Shown here: positions 24,295 through 38,399 of the stretch, piece by piece | Numbering within the stretch: position 1 is the first letter of the stretch | Layout of the letters: every line of letters starts with the position of its first letter | Assembly (NCBI GenBank): GCA_965112735.1 | Contig: OZ218956.1 | Span: forward strand, 3,782,001-3,846,000 | DNA from: Phaeosaccion multiseriatum | Lineage: Eukaryota > Protista > Ochrophyta, other classes | DNA length: 64,000 bases | Direction: 5' to 3' | Translations under genes and position numbers: made by a program | Notes under the pieces: model-generated | What the model was told of the DNA's origin: nothing | Databases searched by the model: none | What the model saw: the letters and a program-made list of their open reading frames with translations, nothing else

Positions 24295-27200
24295 ATGGTG
24301 CCCACTGTCATGCAAAGCCCGCCACGGGGCTGCAAGGTAGCTGTAGCTCTTTCCTCTTGCTCCTCGACGCCACCGACGGCAGATTTAAGGCGGCGAAGTG
24401 GGAGGACAGTTATTGCCAAGGGGGGCAGTTCGCCGATTGGAGCGGGGGTGGCGGCGGGCGGTCTTGTGCAGCCGCATACAGCAATGGCGGTGGTCGTCCC
24501 CTCCACCATGGAGGCGGAGGGGGGGCGGCAGACTCCAGGGGTGGAGGGTGCGGAAGTGCAGAAGCAGCAGCTAGAAGGGGAAGGGGGAGAGGAGATTGGC
24601 AGAACTCAACCGCCCCCGGCTGGCCCTCTGCCAGCTAAGTGCCCGGAGGATACTCCTTCAGGAGAACAGCGAACAGGAGAGCAAGCAGCAAAAGAACAAC
24701 CACCAGAAGCAGCAGCAGTAGCACCAGCACCAGCACCAGCAGCACCAGCAGCACCAGCAGAAGCAGCAGAAGCAGCAGTCGCAACCTCAGCCGTGGAAGG
24801 AGCAGCTCCAGTTACTGTTAATAGTGGGGACGGAGGTCTTACCCCTCCTCCCCCCCCCTGTACCCATATGACGGAGACTGAGGAAGTGATGGCCCCACTG
24901 GCGGCAGCTGCGTCAGAAGAATCACCCATGCTACCATTAACAGCCCTGGAGGACATGCCTGTTGGCGTCGCGGCAGCGGCACTGGCCGCCGCTTCCGCAG
25001 CCGCAGGCACAGCCACCATCACCAGCACCAGCACCCCCCGTGAATCCAAAAAGAGGGGGCGGACGAGGAAGCCTGCCGGGCGGTGGGAGGTGGGCGGGTC
25101 GGTCGATAGCTGTGGACCTCGAGCTAGTCGCAGGCGGGCAGCCCCAAACAGATTTTCCACAGACCTGCCGTCTGAGACGGAGTTGGCCAACATCCAGCAG
25201 GTGAGACGAAGCAATGGAAAGAAGGGAAGGGAAGGGGGGGTGCAAGGTTCAGTTCTTATTCACCCAGCAGTTTCAGTTCCAGTTTCGACCCAGTTTCAGT
25301 TTTTGGAGGGTTTTATTGGTTCCATCCCTGCGTCCGCACAGCCTCGCCCCGCCCCTCCCATGGGCCCTCTGTTCCCCCCCGCACATCCCACAGACGGCCC
25401 TCCTCATCAGCAGGCCCCTCCATAAAGTAATAAACCGAGAGTCCCGTGTTTGCGTTTGTGTCTTCCCCCTTTCTCCTTCCCCTCTGTGCACATGAACTGC
25501 CTTCCTTGCTTTCTCCTACACCACAGTAACAGCAGCCCCCACCTTGTCCCCTAACTCTCAAAAGATAGCCTGCTTTTCTACGTCCTTCCTCTCATTTGTT
25601 CTCTCCTTGCGCAATAAGAAGAGGATATCTTCCCCTTGTGTGGGGCGTTCACCCTCTAAGCACGACCAGAGCCATGCGTTGGTCCAAAACACACATTGAT
25701 TGGCATTGAAGGGGTGTAGTGCGTCTGCAGCGAGGGTCCTTGCCCTCCCCCCCTGGGGTTTTGCCGAAAGAGCACATTGCTTGAGGCAGGACTCTCCCTG
25801 CACAGAGGGGGAGAAACGGACGTTTGAGTAACGGTTTCCGAATGCCCCCCCCCCCCTTCCCCACCCCCGTCTCCTCTACTATCGTACTTTGCAGGCCATT
25901 GAGAACTCGAGGGCGGACCAATTCCACCAAGAGGTAGGGCAGGAGACCGTTCCCCTTGCCCCCACCTTCTTCCCCACCATTGAGGAGTTCAAAGATCCGC
26001 TCAAGTATATTGAGTCTATTCGGCCCGAGGCGGAGAAGTATGGGATTGCTAAAATCACCCCCCCGACGGGATGGAACCCGCCAAAGATAGACGAAGCGCC
26101 TCACGCACACAAGAAGTTTCCGACCAAGAAGCAGCGTGTGGACCAGCTGCAGCAGGGGGAGTCGTTCGACGAGGGGGACGAGTTCACTCTGGATGAGTAC
26201 CGGCAGCAGGCCCTTCGCTTTGCTGAGAGTTGGACGCGGACGCACTACGGCCCCGGCCGCCAGAAGCAACAAGAGGAGGAGGGGCAGGGGGGGGAGCAAC
26301 AGCCGCCGCTGCCGCCACAGAAGCCACAGAAGCTAGAGGAGGACGGGGTGGAAGGGGTAGGGGTCGCATCAGCAGCAGGGGCAGCAGGAGGAAAGGCGGG
26401 CGGGCCCTCCCTGGAAGACCTGGAGCACGACTACTGGCGCCTCGTGAGCACGTCGTCCTCTGAGGTGGAGGTGCAGTACGGCAACGATCTCGACGTGCAG
26501 AGCTACTGGAGCGGCTTCAGCGCCAGCCCCGAGGGGTACATGGAGGGCAAGTGCTTTGATCGGGAGGCGGAGATTGACTTCTCGCAGGCCGACTATTACA
26601 AAAAGTGCGGCTGGAATCTCAACAATCTGGCGTTTTGGCCAGGCAGTGTACTGCGCTTCTTTCGGGCGCACATCCGCGGCGTGACGGCCCCGTGGCTGTA
26701 CATTGGCATGCTCTTTGCCACGTTTTGCTGGCACACCGAAGACAACTACCTCTACAGCCTCAACTACCACCACCACGGGGCCCCCAAGCAGTGGTATGGG
26801 GTGCCGGGTACCAAGGGGAAGCGCTTTGAGGATGTGGTCAAGATGCACCTCAAGGGGGCCATGGAGGAGGTGCCGGACCTGCTGTACCATATCACCACCA
26901 TGCTCTCCCCCTCGCTGCTGCTGTCGAGGAAGGTGCCTGTACACCGCCTCATTCAGTACCCTGGGGACTTTGTCGTCACCTTCCCCAAGGCGTACCACGG
27001 CGGTTTCAGCTACGGCTTCAACTGTGGGGAGGCGGTCAACTTTGCCGTTCCCAAGTGGGTCAAGTACGGCACGGAGAGCAACGAGATATACCGCCGCTTC
27101 AAGCGCCCCTCCGTGTACAGCCACGATCGCCTCATGTTCACGCTCACCATGTACCTCCCCGACCACCCGCTGGAGGGCTGTCAGGAGCTGGTGGCGGAGC

Positions 27201-27862
27201 TGAAGCGTATGCAAGAGGAGGAGATGTATCTGCGAGGCATGTTGACGGACTTGGGCGTGCGAGATGTGAGCAGCAAGGTGGTGCTGCCCAAGTTCCGCCT
27301 CACGGTCATTGAGAGCAAGGCACTGGACTACGACGACCGCCGCATGTGCAAGACGTGCCAGCACACGTGCTTCATGAGCGGCGTCAGCTGTGAGTGCACG
27401 CAGAAGGATGTGTGCTGCCTGCGGCACTGGCGCGACCTGTGCAAGTGCCCTCCCCAAAACATGTTCTTCTTCTTTTGGATGACGAAGGAGGACATTGATC
27501 ACATCGTCAGTGTGGCGGAGAGCTTTGTGAAGCGCCTCGAGGCCAACGGGGGCCAGGCCGTGGCCGCAGAGGCGGACAGCTTCCTGCAGAGGCTCATACC
27601 CTCCTCTCTCAGCGACGCGCAGGCTCTGGAGCAACAGCAGCAGCTTGAGCGGCAGCAGCAGCAGTTCGTGCAGCAGCAACGCCAGCAACTTGAGCAGGAG
27701 CAGCAGCAGGCGTTGGTGGCACAGCAGAAGGCTATGCAGAGTGTGAAGCAGGAGCAGCAGCAGGCGTTGGTAGTACGGCAGCAGGCTATGCAGGCCCTAC
27801 TGAAGCAGGAAGAGCAGCAGCAGCAGCAGCAGCGGGCGGCGGAGCAGCAACGCCAACAGCTT

Positions 27863-27896
<34 letters not shown>

Positions 27897-28468
27897 TCCA
27901 GGAGCAGTACATGATGCAGCAGATACAGCAGGAGCAGCAGAGGCATCAACAGTACATGATGGAGCAGTACGCCCAGCAGCAGGCTTTGCAGCTGCAGCAG
28001 CAGCAGCAGCAGCAACAGCAACAGCAGCAGCAGCAAGCAGCGCCCCCCCCCACGGCGCAGCTCGCCTCCCCCCCGCAGCAGCAGGAGCAGCAGCAGGAGC
28101 AGCAGCAGGATCCTGGCCAGGCCTCACAGTCCGAGCCCCCCCTGGCTCCACCCTCCCTTCCCGTACAGCAGCAGCTTCAGGAGCCGACCTCCGCCTCGGC
28201 ACTACCACAGAGCTCACAGCTTGTGCAAACAGTCTTACAGGAAGGCCAAACAGGGCAGGTACAGCAGGAGCAGGAGCAGCAGGCCCCCTCACCATCGGCA
28301 GGGGCAGCTCGAGTCAGCCCCGAGCCTCTGCCTGACGGGCCTGTCGGAGGGGTGGCCGGCACCGTTTGTGTGGCGGTCGCACCCAACGAGAGCGCCGGAG
28401 GCGGCTCCCCCTCCTTACCCGCTGTGCCTGCCGTGCCCACTCTGCCTGTTGTCATCGGGCACATGTGA
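24295..28468 (+). CDS. KDM5/JARID1-type JmjC histone demethylase (JmjN, JmjC, C5HC2 finger, poly-Q tail); exons ~24295-25200 and 25895-28468; start uncertain
   Basis: JmjN APTFFPTIEEFKDPLKYI. JmjC WNLNNL...PWLYIGMLFATFCWHTED...KQWYGVP...FPKAYHGG, with the Fe ligands H-x-E...H intact. C5HC2 CKTC...CEC...CLRH...CKC. Junction QQ|AIENS is phase 0. Confidence 0.92.
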
Positions 28469-29377
28469 CTGAGATGAAGCGCCCCCTCTCCCCCATATAC
28501 ACCATACACTGAGATAAGCGCCCTCCCCCCCTCTCTTGGCCCCCATACACGCGAACCTAAATGTACACAACAAATGAAGAGCCGGGAAGCGGAAAGGTCG
28601 CGTCGGTTCATTGCGGACCGAACACTCCCCACTCTTTTTGAATATACTTAGTACGATACATACACGCATGCATGTGCTACCACGCTCCTCTGTGCGAGAC
28701 ACCCACAGCCGACTTTTTCACTACCATGGATTCGATGCCCTGAACATCACAGCCGCTGTTCCCTCATCGAAGCAACAAGCACGCGCCTTTCATTCACAGG
28801 TCCCGCTCTGTATCACCAACTGTTGAGGCAAAATTTCCGTTGTCCCTCTCATTTCTTTTTTCCGCTCTCCACCCTCCTATTCAATATCTCTGCTACTTCA
28901 CAAGGCAAGGAGGACTCAGGCTCTCTCTAAGGAACCCTCTGCTTCACGATGGGTGAAGATAGAGTGTCAGGCGAGAAGGGCGGACAGGAAGTATGAAAGA
29001 AACACGGGAGACAGTTACGGAATGGTTAGGTCATCGGGTTGGCTGCAGCTGCGAGGGTGAGGCCGGAGAGCGCAAAACAAACGATCACCCACCCTACTGT
29101 ATTCCGTACTTACAGCAGAGCATTTTTAGTGTCTCCCCTCCTCAGACACAAAGGCGGTCAGGCATTGCACGCTGGCCATGAATGCGTCATGAGGATCAGG
29201 AGCACCACTTTATTTTGCGTAAAGAGCGTGTTCCTGCAGAGCGTCTTGCAGAGCGAATACCAGAAGCAGTAGCAGCAGCAGCAGCAACAGGAGGAGTAGC
29301 AGCAGCTGGTGGCGCGAGAAGGCCCAAAGGAACGCTCTTGTTGCGTGATTGACTGATCCCTCCACTGCACTCGAGCC

Positions 29378-29871
29378 ATGTCGGAGAGCCTCAGCACCAA
29401 GGCCTTCCGCCTCATCAGCCGCCCCTCCTTCGACCGCTTTATCATCCTGGTCATCGTGGTGAACTGCGTGTTCTTGGCTCTGCATGACCCCATGCAGGAT
29501 ACACAGCCCGACTTCCTCAACGTGGGGGACAAAGTGTTCACCGCCGTCTTCCTCGGGGAGATGCTCGTCAAGTGGTGCGCATTGGGCATGGGCGGCTACT
29601 TCAAAGACTACTGGAATTGGCTCGACAGCTTGGTGGTGGTGACGGGGGTGCTGGGCTTCTTGCTTGAGACGTTTGGGGGTAGTGTGCCCAATGTCAGCAC
29701 CCTCCGAACCCTGCGAGTGCTGCGACCGCTGAGGGCGGTGAGCTTCGTACCCGAGGTTCGGCTGCTTTTCGAGACCATCATCAAGTCAGCAGGGGTCATC
29801 GCAACCCTGCTGAGCTGTATCTTCTCCATCTGCCTGCTCTTTGGCAACTTCGCGTGAGTACTACGTGTGTA

Positions 29872-29929
<58 letters not shown>

Positions 29930-30836
29930 GTGTATGTGTATGTGTGTGTGTGTGCGTGTGCGTGTGTGTGTGTGTGTGTGCGTGCGTGAGTGCCTGTGTG
30001 TGTATATGTATGAGTACCTGTTTGTGCATGTGTGTTTGTGTGTGCGCGCGTGTGCATGTGCGTGCGCGTGTGCTTATGTGCGTGCAGCTGGTGGCACTCC
30101 CCCCCGCCGTGGTGTGAGTGATGACTCGATACGGGGAAGCACTTTGCCGCCGCTCGCCCGTGGCAGCTGAGCCTCACAATCGCAGGACTACAGCGCCTCC
30201 TTCGAAAGCAAGCCTTGGCCTCCCCTCCCACCCCCTGTCACACCCTGCCACCTTTGCAACTACGTCTTGCGGCTGACTGAAGCGACTCTCTGACTCTCCC
30301 TTTCGTCTCCAACACATGCATAATACCCCTAATGTTTGGGCACCTCCCCCCCCCTCCTGACGTACGAACGTACAGTTACACGTACTGGGGAGGCACCATG
30401 AAGCGCACTTGCTTCTCGCTGGTCAGTGGGCTCTCGTGCGCTGACGAGGGGGTGTCCTGCGACTGCGATGACTCCGAAGCGCTGCAGCCTCTGCAAGACA
30501 CGGTAAGTGTGACAGTGGCGTGACAGTGGCGGCCTTAGTCTCTTAGTCAGGACTTCTTGGGGGGGGCGGGTAGAACGGTGTCCCCCCTCCCCCCCCCATT
30601 TCTGTACTGTCCCTGCCGCGGCTTGTAACCGTCCCCACTGCCCCGTTTGATCCAATGATCCAATGATCCAATCGCTTTAGTGGGTCCCGCCGGAGCCCTA
30701 CGGTAATGAGCTCACGTGCAGCGCGGACTCCGAGGCGGGGTATGGCTGCCCCTCCTTCGCCGTGTGCTGCCCCTCGTCAGCCGCCCCCAACGCCGGCGTG
30801 ACTCACTACGACAACATCTACTCCGCCTCCTACCAG

Positions 30837-30926
<90 letters not shown>

Positions 30927-33900
30927 GTTTGTGCGTGTGTGCGTGTGTGTGTATGCGTGTGTCTCCATGCGTGTGTGTGTGAGTGTGTGTATGTGCGTGT
31001 ATACGTGTATGGGTGTGTGTGGGTGAATTTGTGTATGCGTGTGTGTGATTGTGTGTGTGCGTGTGCGTGGGTGTCCAACGCCGGCGTGACTCACCAAGAC
31101 AACACATATTCCGCCTCCTTCCCTCCTTCCCTTCCTCCCATCCTCTGCCATCCCTCCACAGATGTTCACGATGGTGTCTATGGAGGGCTGGTTCAAAGTG
31201 GCGGCGCTCACGGCCGATGCGGTGGGAAGCTGGGCGGTGCTGGCGCTCTTTGTGGCGTTACTTTTGGGCAACGTGTGTTTCGTGTTGCTACTGCCTGCCG
31301 CAATGAGCACCAAGCTTCAAGTGGCTATCGAGGAGAAGGAAAAAATTGACTTGCTGTTCGAGCAGGAGAGGGAGGGGGCCAGAATTGAGGGGGGAGGAGG
31401 GGAGGGAGAGGGTGGGGTGGGGGGAGGGGAGGGCGGTGAAGCGGGAGGCGGGGGGGGAGGGAGAGGAGGAGGAGGAGGAGGAGGAGGAGGAGGAGGAGGG
31501 GGGGGGGCAAGGAAAGGGGTGGGGAAAAGCCAAGGTCGATCCTCCTCCTCCTCCTCCTCCGCGGCCGGCAAGGGCAAGGCGCTGTCGGAGCTGGAGCAAC
31601 TGCTGCAAGACTACAACAAGTACCAGGAGAAGGAGATGGCCGGCATCGAGCACGAGGAGGCAGTGAGGAGGGGGGTCATTAAGGAGAAGCCCGTCGAGGA
31701 GCCTGCCCCGCCCAAGTACACGCCCTATCCTACCCACCGGGGCTGGAGGTGGCTGAGGAGACTGGTCACGGCAGATACAGGGCCCTTCGCAGCGGCGGTG
31801 TATGTGATCATCTTCCTCAACGCGGCGTTGCTGACAATTGTGAGTGCGGGGGAGGCGCCTGACACCACGTACGCGCTGCTGCAAGTGAACTATGTGTTCA
31901 CTGCCTTATTCGTGGCGGAGGCCCTGATCAAGATCCTCGCTTTGGGACCCGTGGGCTACTGCCAAGACAGGTGCGCGTGAGTGTGTGTGTGTGTGTGTGT
32001 GAAAGAGAGAGAGAGGGTGTGTGTGTGTGTGAGTGTCTGTGTGTGTGCGTGCGCGTGTATTCGTGTGTGTATGTATGTGTGTGTGAGAGTGAGTGCGCCG
32101 ACTACCATCCTTTACTTTCCAACATACGGAAGCATATGGAAGCTTGGAGTTTCGGCGGAGGGGACGCTGGTGGAGTAGGAGGAGCAATCAAAAGCAGGAA
32201 GGGAAGGGAAGGGAACGCTTACATCTCTCATCCTCCCTGCTCCCCCCCCCCCCTTCACCCACACACGCCCGCCCGCCTCCACTCATACCCTGCCATCCAC
32301 TGCCATCCACTACCATCCACCGCCATCCCTCCCCCCCTGGGCAGATACAACGTGTTCGACTTGTTCATAACTTGCCTGGGGGTGGTGGAGGTTGGCCTTG
32401 AGGCGATACCCTTCTTCGCCGCCTTCCGCATTGTGCGCATCTTCCGAGTGGCGAGGGTCATGCGGCTCGGCTCCCTGGCCAAGATGGGGGGGAGGGGAGC
32501 GGATATACAGCAGTCCACGCCTTCACCACAGGTAGGGAAGAGGGGGGGGGGAGAGGAGCGCTTGCTTCAAGGCTCGGAGGGGAGGGGAGGGAGGGGTTGC
32601 TGTGCTGGGGTGGTAAGGGGGCGGGGTAGCAGCAGCAACAGAGAGGGGCAGGGGCGGGGGGAGCCTTGGGAGCGGAAGAAGAGCAAAATTGTTGACAGCG
32701 TCCAGAGCAAGCTTACAAGCACCCACCCCTCCACCCCTCCACCCCTCCCTCCCTCCACCCCTCCACCCCTCCACCCCTCCACCACTCCATCCCCTCCCTC
32801 CCTCCCTCCCTCCCTCCCTCCCTCCCTCCCTCCCTCCCTCCCTCCCTCCCTCCCTCCCTCCACCCCTCCCTCCACCCCTCCATCCCTCCACCCCTCCACC
32901 CCTCCACCCCTCCACCCCTCCACCCCTCCACCCCTCCACCCCTCCACCCCTCCACCCCTCCACCCCTCCACCCCTCCACCCCTCCACCCCTCCACCACTC
33001 CATCCCCTCCCTCCCTCCCTCCCTCCCTCCCTCCCTCCCTCCCTCCCTCCCTCCCTCCCTCCCTCCACCCCTCCACCCCTCCACCCCTCCACCCCTCCAC
33101 CCCTCCACCCCTCCACCCCTCCACCCCTCCACCCCTCCACCCCTCCACCCCTCCACCCCTCCACCCCTCCCTCCCTCCCTCCCTCCCTCCCTCCCTCCCT
33201 CCCTCCCTCCCTCCCTCCCTCCCTCCCTCCACCCCTCCACCCCTCCACCCCTCCACCCCTCCACCCCTCCACCCCTCCACCCCTCCACCCCTCCACCCCT
33301 CCACCCCCTCCCTCCCTCCCTCCCTCCCTCCCTCCCTCCCTCCCTCCCTCCCTCCCTCCCTCCCTCCCTCCCTCCCTCCCTCCCTCCCTCCCTCCCTCCC
33401 TCCCTCCCTCCCTCCCTCCCTCCCTCCCTCCCTCCCTCCCTCCCTCCCTCCCTCCCTCCCTCCCTCCCTCCCTCCCTCCCTCCCTCCCTCCCTCCCTCCC
33501 TCCCTCCCTCCCTCCCTCCCTCCCTCCCTCCCTCCCTCCCTCCCTTCCTTCCTTTCCCCCTGCACAGCTGGACCTTACCCGCATCCTGGGCATCCTTGCG
33601 TCAAGCTCCATGTGGCTGCTCAACATCTTCTCCATCCTCACCCTCTTCATGTACATGTTCGCCGTCTTGGCAGTGCAGTTCTTCGGGGGAGACATTCCCG
33701 ACCTACTCACAGATACCACCAACGGATTACAATTCACCTACAACTCGTTTGGAAGGGCCTTTGTCACGGTGCTGGGGCTGTTCACCGGCAACCGATGGGC
33801 GGATATGGTGTACACCACTGTGGCGGAGAAGGGGGAGGACACAACGGGTGCAGAAGGGGTCTACTTGTTCTACATTGCCTGGTGAGTGGGGGGGGGGGCG

Positions 33901-36900
33901 TGTATATAGTGCGTGTGTGGGTGGGTGCGAGGGAGGGAGGGGGAGCGGGAGGGGGTGGGAGGGAACACGGGAGGAAAACCTACGGCCGCAGTAAAAACGG
34001 CTCCTTCACGCGACGTACGTACCTCGCTACTTGTGCGCGTCTCCTTCCTACCCCTTCTGTCGCCTTTCCCATCCTTCCGTGACCACTCCTTCCGTGACCA
34101 CTCCTTTCCTGACTACTCCTTCCGTGACCACTCCTTGCGTGACCACTCCTTCCCTGACTGCTCCTTCCGTGACCACTCCTTCCGTGACCACTCCTTCCCT
34201 GACTGCTCCTTCCGTGGCCACTCCTTCCCTGACTACTCCTTCCGTGACCACTCCTTCCGTGACCTTTGGTACCAAAAAAGGACGGTGGTGGGTCGGTGGC
34301 TGCTGTCGGCCATCGTTGTAGCGGTGCTGTTCTACGAAGTCGACAAGGATGGAGAGGACCACCTCAAGCTCGTGGCCAGGGGCAACATGCGGGCCGTATT
34401 TGCTGTGGAGAGAGCCTACAGCAAGGGGCTGAGGAGCGCCGTGTACATGAAGTGGAGAAAGAAGTTTGAGGCCAGCGCCATGGGCCGGCAGAGGTGCGCA
34501 TGTGGAGGGAGGGGGAGGGAGGATTGGGAAGGGGAGGGAGGGGGGTGGTGTATGTGTGTGTGTGCGTGTGTGTGAGTGTGTGAGTGTGTGTGTGGGTGTA
34601 TGTATGTATGTGTGCGTTTGTGTGTGTGTACGTCTATGTATGCGTGTGGCTGCTGCTCTCGGCCCTCAGCGATGAAGACACCGCGTACAATGTATGCGGA
34701 TGCTTGTGAGGCCCTAGCGGAATGGTGCCTCTGACTGAATGCCTTTGAATGCCTCTGGATGCCTCTGTATGCTTCTGTATACCTGTGGATGCCTCTGGAT
34801 ACCTCTGGATGCCTCTGGATGCCTCTGTATGCTTCTGTATACCTGTGGATGCCTCTGGATACCTCTGGATGCCTCTGGATACCTCTGTATGCTTCTGTAT
34901 ACCTCTGGATGCCTCTGGATACCTCTGGATGCCTCTAACCGATCGCCTCTCAGTGCCTTCGGATGCCCCTGGATGTCTCTAGCTGAATGCCTCTGGAGTC
35001 CTCTGAATGCCTCTAGCTGAATGCCTCTGGATCTAACTCATCGCCTCGGGATGCCTGTAACCCAAATGCCCCCGACTGCATGGGTCCTGAGTAGGAGGGC
35101 GGGTGGAGCCATCAAACTCATCGCCCCCGCCGTGCAGCCCCCGAAGCAAACTCTCTGGCGCCGCCTTGCCGACAGTCAGGACAGCTTCTTGCTCTTCGCG
35201 GAAAACAACCCTGTCCGGCAGTTCGCCGCCTGGCTCACAGATGGCACCTCAGTCACAGACGGCAGCAGATTCGACTCTCCTCCCGAGGAGCCTGAGGGGG
35301 GCAGGATGTCCAAATGGCATTCCGCGGTGGTGTACAACCAACAGCTGCGGCGGGCCTGTCATTACGCCTTCGAACTTTGCTTTGTGGGGGTGGTGGTGCT
35401 GAGCGCGGTCACCGTGGCGCTGGATGTAGAGTTCTTGTCGGGACATCGCTCGGATGAGGGGCTAAGAGAGAGCTTGGTGCAGCTCGAGCGTTTCGAAACG
35501 GCCTTCTTCTGCGGGGAGATAATGCTCAGGTCCATCGCCAACGGGTAAGTGAGTGAGTGAGTGAGTGAGTGAGTGAGTGAGGAGTGAGTGAGTAAGTGAG
35601 TGAGTCAGTGAGTGAGTAGTGAGGGAGTGAGAGAGTGAGTAGGGGGTTTCGGTGGGCGGGTGGGCGTGTAAGTGAGTGAGGGAGTGAGTGAGTGAGTGAA
35701 GGGAGGGAGGGAGGAGGGGAACGCCGGGGAGAGGAGAGGGGAGGGGAGGGGAGGGAGCGAGGAAGGATGGAAGGGAGGGAGGGAGCGAGGGACGAGGGGC
35801 GAGGGAAACAGCAGGGGAGAGAGAGGGAGGGAATACGTGAGTGGGTGGAAGGGAGAGGGAAAGAGAGGGAGAGATAGAGAGGGAAGTGAAGTGAGTGAAG
35901 TGAGGGAGCGAGAATGAAGTGGATGTGTGACAGTGACTGACTGACTGAGTGACTGACTGACTGGATGGATAGGACTGGAGAAGGAGCATCCACCTCACCT
36001 GGGGGGCCGTTCCTCTCCAAGCCCTCCAAGCGCGTCCTTCCCCTCCTCCCCGTGACAGTGAGGGTCAAGGGTCAACGCCCCAACCCAATCAACAATCGAA
36101 CGACCTCAACCCCCCCCTCCCCACCCCCCGTGATTCTCCCAACGAACATTACCATGCCATGAACTAGGCTGTACTTCCTCCCTGGAGCCTACCTGGAGAG
36201 CCCTTTGGCCAAGCTCGACTTGCTCGTCACCGGCAGCGGCGTGCTGAGCCTCTGCCTCGACGACTCCCTGCTTGACTCGGACTCCGGGTCGGGAGGACAG
36301 AACGCCACCACCACCACCTCCCTCTCCGCCCTCCGCATGCTTCGCCTCACCCGCCTACTGCGTCTGCTCCGCCTCGGCTCTCGCTCCAAGGCCCTGGTGC
36401 ACCTCATCGAATCACTGCGTAAGTCAACAAGGGCCATGTTGCTCTCCTCCCTCATAGTGCTCTTCTTTTGGTACCTGTGGTCCGTCATGGGGTTGCAGCT
36501 CTGGGTGGGGCGCTTCGGTTACTGCTCCGACGACGGACGGGCACAGGCCAACGGAGTCAGCGAGTTCCACATCTGGGCATCCGGCTCTGGCTCTGGCGAC
36601 GACGATAGCGACGATGCTGGCGATGACTGGACCGAAGTACCAACTCGCGAGGCTTGTGAGGCGGACCCCTCCTTGCGCTGGGTGGGGCACGCCCTACTGA
36701 ACTTTGACGACTTTGCACAGAGCCTCTACTCCGTCTTTGTCATATTCGCCATGGATGACTTCCAGCAGGTCAGGAGGGAGGGAGGGAGGGAGGGAGGGAG
36801 GGGGGAAGGGTGGGGGGAGGGAGGGAGGGAAGGAGGGAGGAATGGTGTGGGTCATGCCTTTGCTGCGCTTTGGGTGCTGTACGACTTCCCCGAGTCCTTC

Positions 36901-38355
36901 CTTAGGCATCGAAACAAAATCAACGCCATCTGTGATACACAAACTCAACCAACTCAATGCCGCTTCTCTCCTCCGCTCCTCCCTCCCCTCACCCCTCCCC
37001 CCCCCCCCCCTCCTTAGATCATGTTCTCCGCCCTGAGCGTGAACGGCGCCTCCGAGTCGAACAACGCCGCTCCTTACAGCAACATGTGGGCGTCCCTCTT
37101 CTTCTTCTTCGCCATCCTGAGTTTCTCCCTGCTTGTCTATCTCTTTGTGGCCGTACTGTACTCCACCTTCATGTACCTCAACTACACCTCCTCGAGCAAC
37201 CGCCTCAACACCACCAAGGAAGCTTTTTGGTACATGTACCGTTACAAACTCTTCAACATTCCGCCCATCGTCGGCGCGAAACGGCCCCTCTCCACGCTCC
37301 GCGGCCGCCTCTTCGACGCCATGGTCTCTGTTCCTGCCGTGGCCGGCGCCCCTCCTGACCAGCAGTCAAGCCGCCCTCCGTTCGATCGCGCCTTCTCACT
37401 GCTTTTGGCGGCCAACATCTCTATCCGTTTCCTCTACGGCGGGCTGTCTCCATCCTACGACCACATGCCGGCCTGGGTCAAGTTGCAGGAGATAGTGTTT
37501 GCAGGCCTGTTTGTGGCGGAGTTTGGCGTGCGAGTGTTCGCCTCGGGGGGTTTCCGAGCGTCCATGCAGTCCCCCTATAACGTCATGGACCTCGCTGTAA
37601 CCGTCGTCATGGCGCTCTTGGGGGTGAGTGGGAAGGGAGGAGAAGGCAGTATACGGACATGGCCTGTGGGCACCGACTCCTCGCCCGCCAGTGATCCTCG
37701 CCAGTGCTCCTGACACCCGTGACTGACCTCACCTGTCTGTGTATGACTGACCTAACCTGTCTGACCTGTCTGTCCGCTCCAAGGTCCTGACACCCCGTCC
37801 GGACACGCCGTCCTGACACCCCTAACCCTGTTCCGCTCCGTCTCAGGTGGACTTCCTGCTGGGGGCGGCGTCGAACTCTTTGTGGAAGCTCGTGCAGGCC
37901 GTGTCTCTGGTGCGGGGGGTGCGCCTCGCCAAGGCCTTTCCTTGTGTAATGGAGGTAACAGCAAACAGAAGCGTGACATTCACATTCATATTCATATTCA
38001 TATTCATATTCATATTCATATTCATTGACGTTCGGGATACTTGGTTGTAGAAAGTCGGTGTCGATATTGTGCATAGGCATCGATTTGGGTCCGTCATGGC
38101 AAAGGTGCAATGAACTAAAACTGAAACTCAACTCAACTGAACTGAAACTCAACTGAGCAGGTGGCCACGGTGGGTTGGAGGAGCGTACCCACGCTTGCCC
38201 CTCTGCTGCTGCTGCTCTCTCTGTGCACCTTCATATACGCCGTGCTAGGCGTCCTGCTCTACGGACATCTCGACACTCAGGTGAGGAGGGGCGCACGCAC
38301 GCACGCACGCACGCACGCAAACACAAACACAAACACACACACACATACACACACA

Positions 38356-38399
<44 letters not shown>

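Noticed and set aside
29260-29310. TAG codons within a CAG run suggesting TAG=Gln recoding
   Set aside because: Long Q-rich ORFs such as the demethylase contain no in-frame TAG, and TAG appears to end other genes (e.g. 47590-47592).
34072-34263. Regular repeat array resembling CRISPR (also 20671-20800)
   Set aside because: Head-to-tail units without unique spacers, no cas genes, and a eukaryotic context.
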